A DNA stretch of 64,000 nt from Macrostomum hystrix (Eukaryota > Animalia > Platyhelminthes), in contig CATNEN010000038.1 in the NCBI GenBank assembly GCA_950097015.1, forward strand, positions 12,152,001 through 12,216,000. Direction: 5' to 3'. Position numbers and translations under genes: made by a program. Below the pieces are notes generated by a model. The model was not told the DNA's origin. It saw only the letters and a program-made list of their open reading frames with translations, and made no database searches. Below, in pieces: positions 61,201-64,000 of the stretch; within the stretch, counting starts at the first letter, position 1, and each line of letters opens with the position of its first letter.

Positions 61201-63294
61201 CGGGTCTAGTGTCACCAAATGATGTACCATTGCCCGCGGCCCTCCTGCAGTTATTATTATTACTATTAGTAGAAAACGACTAACAGGCTCACATGAACTA
61301 TTCTTTCATTCAGCTGAACCGGCTGCGTCACCGGGGTCACGACCAGTGCGCCCACCTGCAGATCGAACTCGACGAGCTCCGCCGCGAGCTGGAACTGACC
61401 CGGCTGCGCTGCGACGAGTTGCAGCGAGAGAATCTGCGACTCAGAGACGAGGTCAACCTGCAGCGAACATTCCTTTCTGGCCTGACCTCGCATCGGAGTG
61501 ACTACGGTAAGCCTCGCTGAAGTAATAATGAGCCGATGAAACTATACTTATGAAAAGCACAGCAGAGAAGTTGGAAAGAAGTAACAATACTGATAATACG
61601 AGCTTAACATTATTTTCTGATGACTTCAGGACAGTAGACTATTAGGCGATTCGGCCAATTCCGCTGACTCCTGAGCTCACAATCCCACAGGTGTGTACAT
61701 CTGCCCTGGCTTTCTCATCGCCAAGACACTCTCAACTGTCTTGCACTCTCATTGTGCCTCATATGGGCGTAAATTGCGCCTAAGACTTTTCACCGCGGCT
61801 GCGCCCAAATAAACATGTGGTTCCGCTGCGGAATCGAGCTCAGGAACCTTGGTGCCGAAGTCTGGCGTGCTAACTGCCCTGCGCTTCTGTGTTTTGTCCT
61901 TCTGCATTACACAAGATTTTTTGTCTGAACAGTAGTGCCCCCCAAGGCTTAGTAGCTCGTATGCTAGTCACGAGTACTAAAAACTAAAAGCGAGAATACT
62001 TTTTGAGACGATTCTGTTACTGTCATGGGAATTGTTTTAGCGTCACAGAGCTACGTTTAAAATAAACAACTTCAGATCCTCCTCTGACGCCGAGAATTCG
62101 AGCTGGGCACAGACAACTGAGCCATCGCATCCTGGAGCCACCGCCGCCGCCGCCAACTTCGCAGCCGTCGTTTGTAGGACGCCGCCCGCGTCCCCAGGTG
62201 GACCTTGATGGCATCGAAAGTGACGACGTGGCTTCGCTGGCCGGAGATACCCGTCCTCGGCGGAGAACAACGTTTGGATGGCGTGACGGTCGACGACGAC
62301 TTTACGACGAAGATTTAGAGGACTACGCTGATGACAGGGTTAAGGACGCCCTGGACTTGAATGACGGTCTCGATGCCGGCTTGACTGCTTCGACACCTCT
62401 GCCTCCAACGCAATCGTCGCTTCTGGAGCCTGCTCGGCGTCCATTTTGGTCTTCTTCTATTCATGCGCCATCTATTCATCGTCATCAGCAGCAGCCGCGG
62501 ACCTTTGCCCCGTTCAGCCAGTCGGATCTGCGACCTGGCGATCTCGTTGAGTTCGGCGGCAGCCGGGGTCGATTGACTCGCGGCCGGGTCCGCTACGTTG
62601 GCAGCCTGCACGGCCGGCGGGGCATTTACGTCGGTGTCGAGCTGGAAAGTCGCGAAGGCAAACACGATGGAGTCTTCGATGGAAGGCGATACTTCCAGTG
62701 GTGAGTGAAAGTAGTTTCGGGCTGATGCAAAATTTCCAGTACGGCTTCAGATTCCTAGCGCAACTCTTAACAAGGTGCGGAGTCAGAATTAGCTTGAGTT
62801 GCAATTTTTAAGTTTCCGTTCTTTTTTTCTTAAACATTGATCGCACCTGCCCCAATTGGGTCAGGTGTGCAGCCGCAGCTATTGCGCGTCGCCTCTGAAG
62901 GCTGTGTGCAGTGTTCAGTCATGTGTTCAGTCATGTGTTCAGTCATGTGTTCAGTCATGTGTTCAGTCATGTGTTCAGTCATGTGTTCAGTCATGTGTTC
63001 AGTCATGTGTTCAGTCATGTGTTCAGTCATGTGTTCAGTCATGTGTTCAGTCATGTGTTCAGTCATGTGTTCAGTCATGTGTTCAGTCATGTGTTCAGTC
63101 ATGTTTTCAGTCCATGGGCCCTTAGTTTCCCGAGCTGATGCTGGCACCCATTAAAAGCACTTTCGCTTAAACTTTGTCTGTTATCTATCCAGTCCTCCAT
63201 TCTGCCTATTGATATAATCTCTCATTTCAGCAAACAGAACCAGGGCACCTTCGTGGCATTCGACAAAATTGCACTCTGCCATCCGACTCTCTGA
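58213..63294 (+). CDS. CAP-Gly domain protein with long 14-aa repeat region, polyproline and coiled coil; exons 58213-60171, 60294-60423, 60506-60681, 61314-61506, 62076-62700, 63231-63294
   Basis: All junctions GT-AG and in phase; C-terminal LRPGDLVEF..GRVRYVGSLHGRRGIYVGVELESREGKHDGVFDGRRYFQ/CKQNQGTFV is a CAP-Gly domain (GKNDG-type loop). Confidence 0.88.
58471..59960 (+). repeat. Coding 42-bp tandem repeat, ~35 x RTPSKPPSVVDEG(L/Q)
   Basis: Variation is mostly synonymous or conservative; frame preserved throughout. Confidence 0.92.
62911..63112. repeat. 12-bp repeat (GTGTTCAGTCAT)n in the last intron of the CAP-Gly gene
   Basis: ~16 perfect units. Confidence 0.95.
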
Positions 63295-64000
63295 TGATTG
63301 TTGGGGCCTGTGATGACACAGCTGACAGGCATTCACGCGATTGCGATGAACAGTCGATTGATCAATAGGAAGGAGTTCTATTGACTTTAATTTCAATCCA
63401 TCTCGTTGGTGTTCATATCGATCTTTTTATATACGAGTAATTACCATTCGATATTTTTGAGGTTCGTAATTGCTTTGCAAAATTTTTGTAACAGTCCCGT
63501 CAAACTGTGGGTTCGCTGTTTATACAACTCACTAGAGATTTAAACTGAATTTACTGATATTTACTGGTTTTAACAATACTATTCCTTAGCGCACTTATAA
63601 ATCCTATTTTCCTTTTTTGTTTTAATTATTAAATCAACCTTCTTAGAGTATAAAGACTTGATTTGTAGATTGTTTGCTTTTCGTAGAAGCAAGAAAACGT
63701 TCTCAAGTTTCCATCAAAGCACCGCGTCTGTCTTCCTTTGCCAGAGATTTCGATTATTTTACTATTTCACTTTCTAGTTCTTTCTCAAGCTTATATAGTT
63801 GCGCTTTCGACCGTCACATTGAACAATTCCAAGCTGGTTAGCTAAGTTCTTGTTTGCTAGTTGTCACAATTACTAGACAACTTTGCTGCTTTTTTGATAA
63901 GCCTTTTATACCTTTGTGACTGTAAGAACAAATTTGAAATCCAGCAAATACTGCTTCCAGCAGCGTGCGGACACTAAAATAAAGCGAAGGAAATGTCAGT

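Noticed and set aside
62830-63154. (MTEH)n and (CSVM)n ORFs
   Set aside because: 12-bp intronic repeat of the CAP-Gly gene

Overview
Eukaryotic (animal) genomic DNA with short spliceosomal introns, GC-rich exons and introns packed with unrelated minisatellites. The style suggests a free-living flatworm such as Macrostomum, but this is inference only. Recognisable genes: AMPK beta subunit (3' part, with a GC-AG intron), an intronless ankyrin protein, peroxiredoxin-5, PUF60/half-pint followed by a second diverged UHM-domain copy, an F-box/WD40 gene with an apparent frameshift, an ecdysoneless (ECD) C-terminal fragment with an in-frame stop, and a CAP-Gly protein with about 35 N-terminal 14-aa repeats, most containing the CDK-consensus TPSK. 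Mobile DNA: a full-length, recent BEL/Pao LTR element, a non-autonomous Helitron carrying a Pif1 helicase remnant with a nested hAT MITE, a 5'-truncated RTE-like LINE with TSD, two tRNA-derived SINE families, several MITEs/foldbacks and a decayed hAT transposase. The most interesting block is 32.9-47.7 kb. There, a 393-codon ORF with a PD-(D/E)xK-like nuclease motif appears to splice across about 12.4 kb to hydrophobic Gly/Ala-rich exons and an HPD-less J-like domain. The interval also holds a tail-to-tail pair of small secreted peptide genes: a 6-Cys peptide and an acidic-propiece, Trp/Arg-rich, probably amidated antimicrobial peptide precursor. Together these make a candidate uncharacterised host-defence locus.
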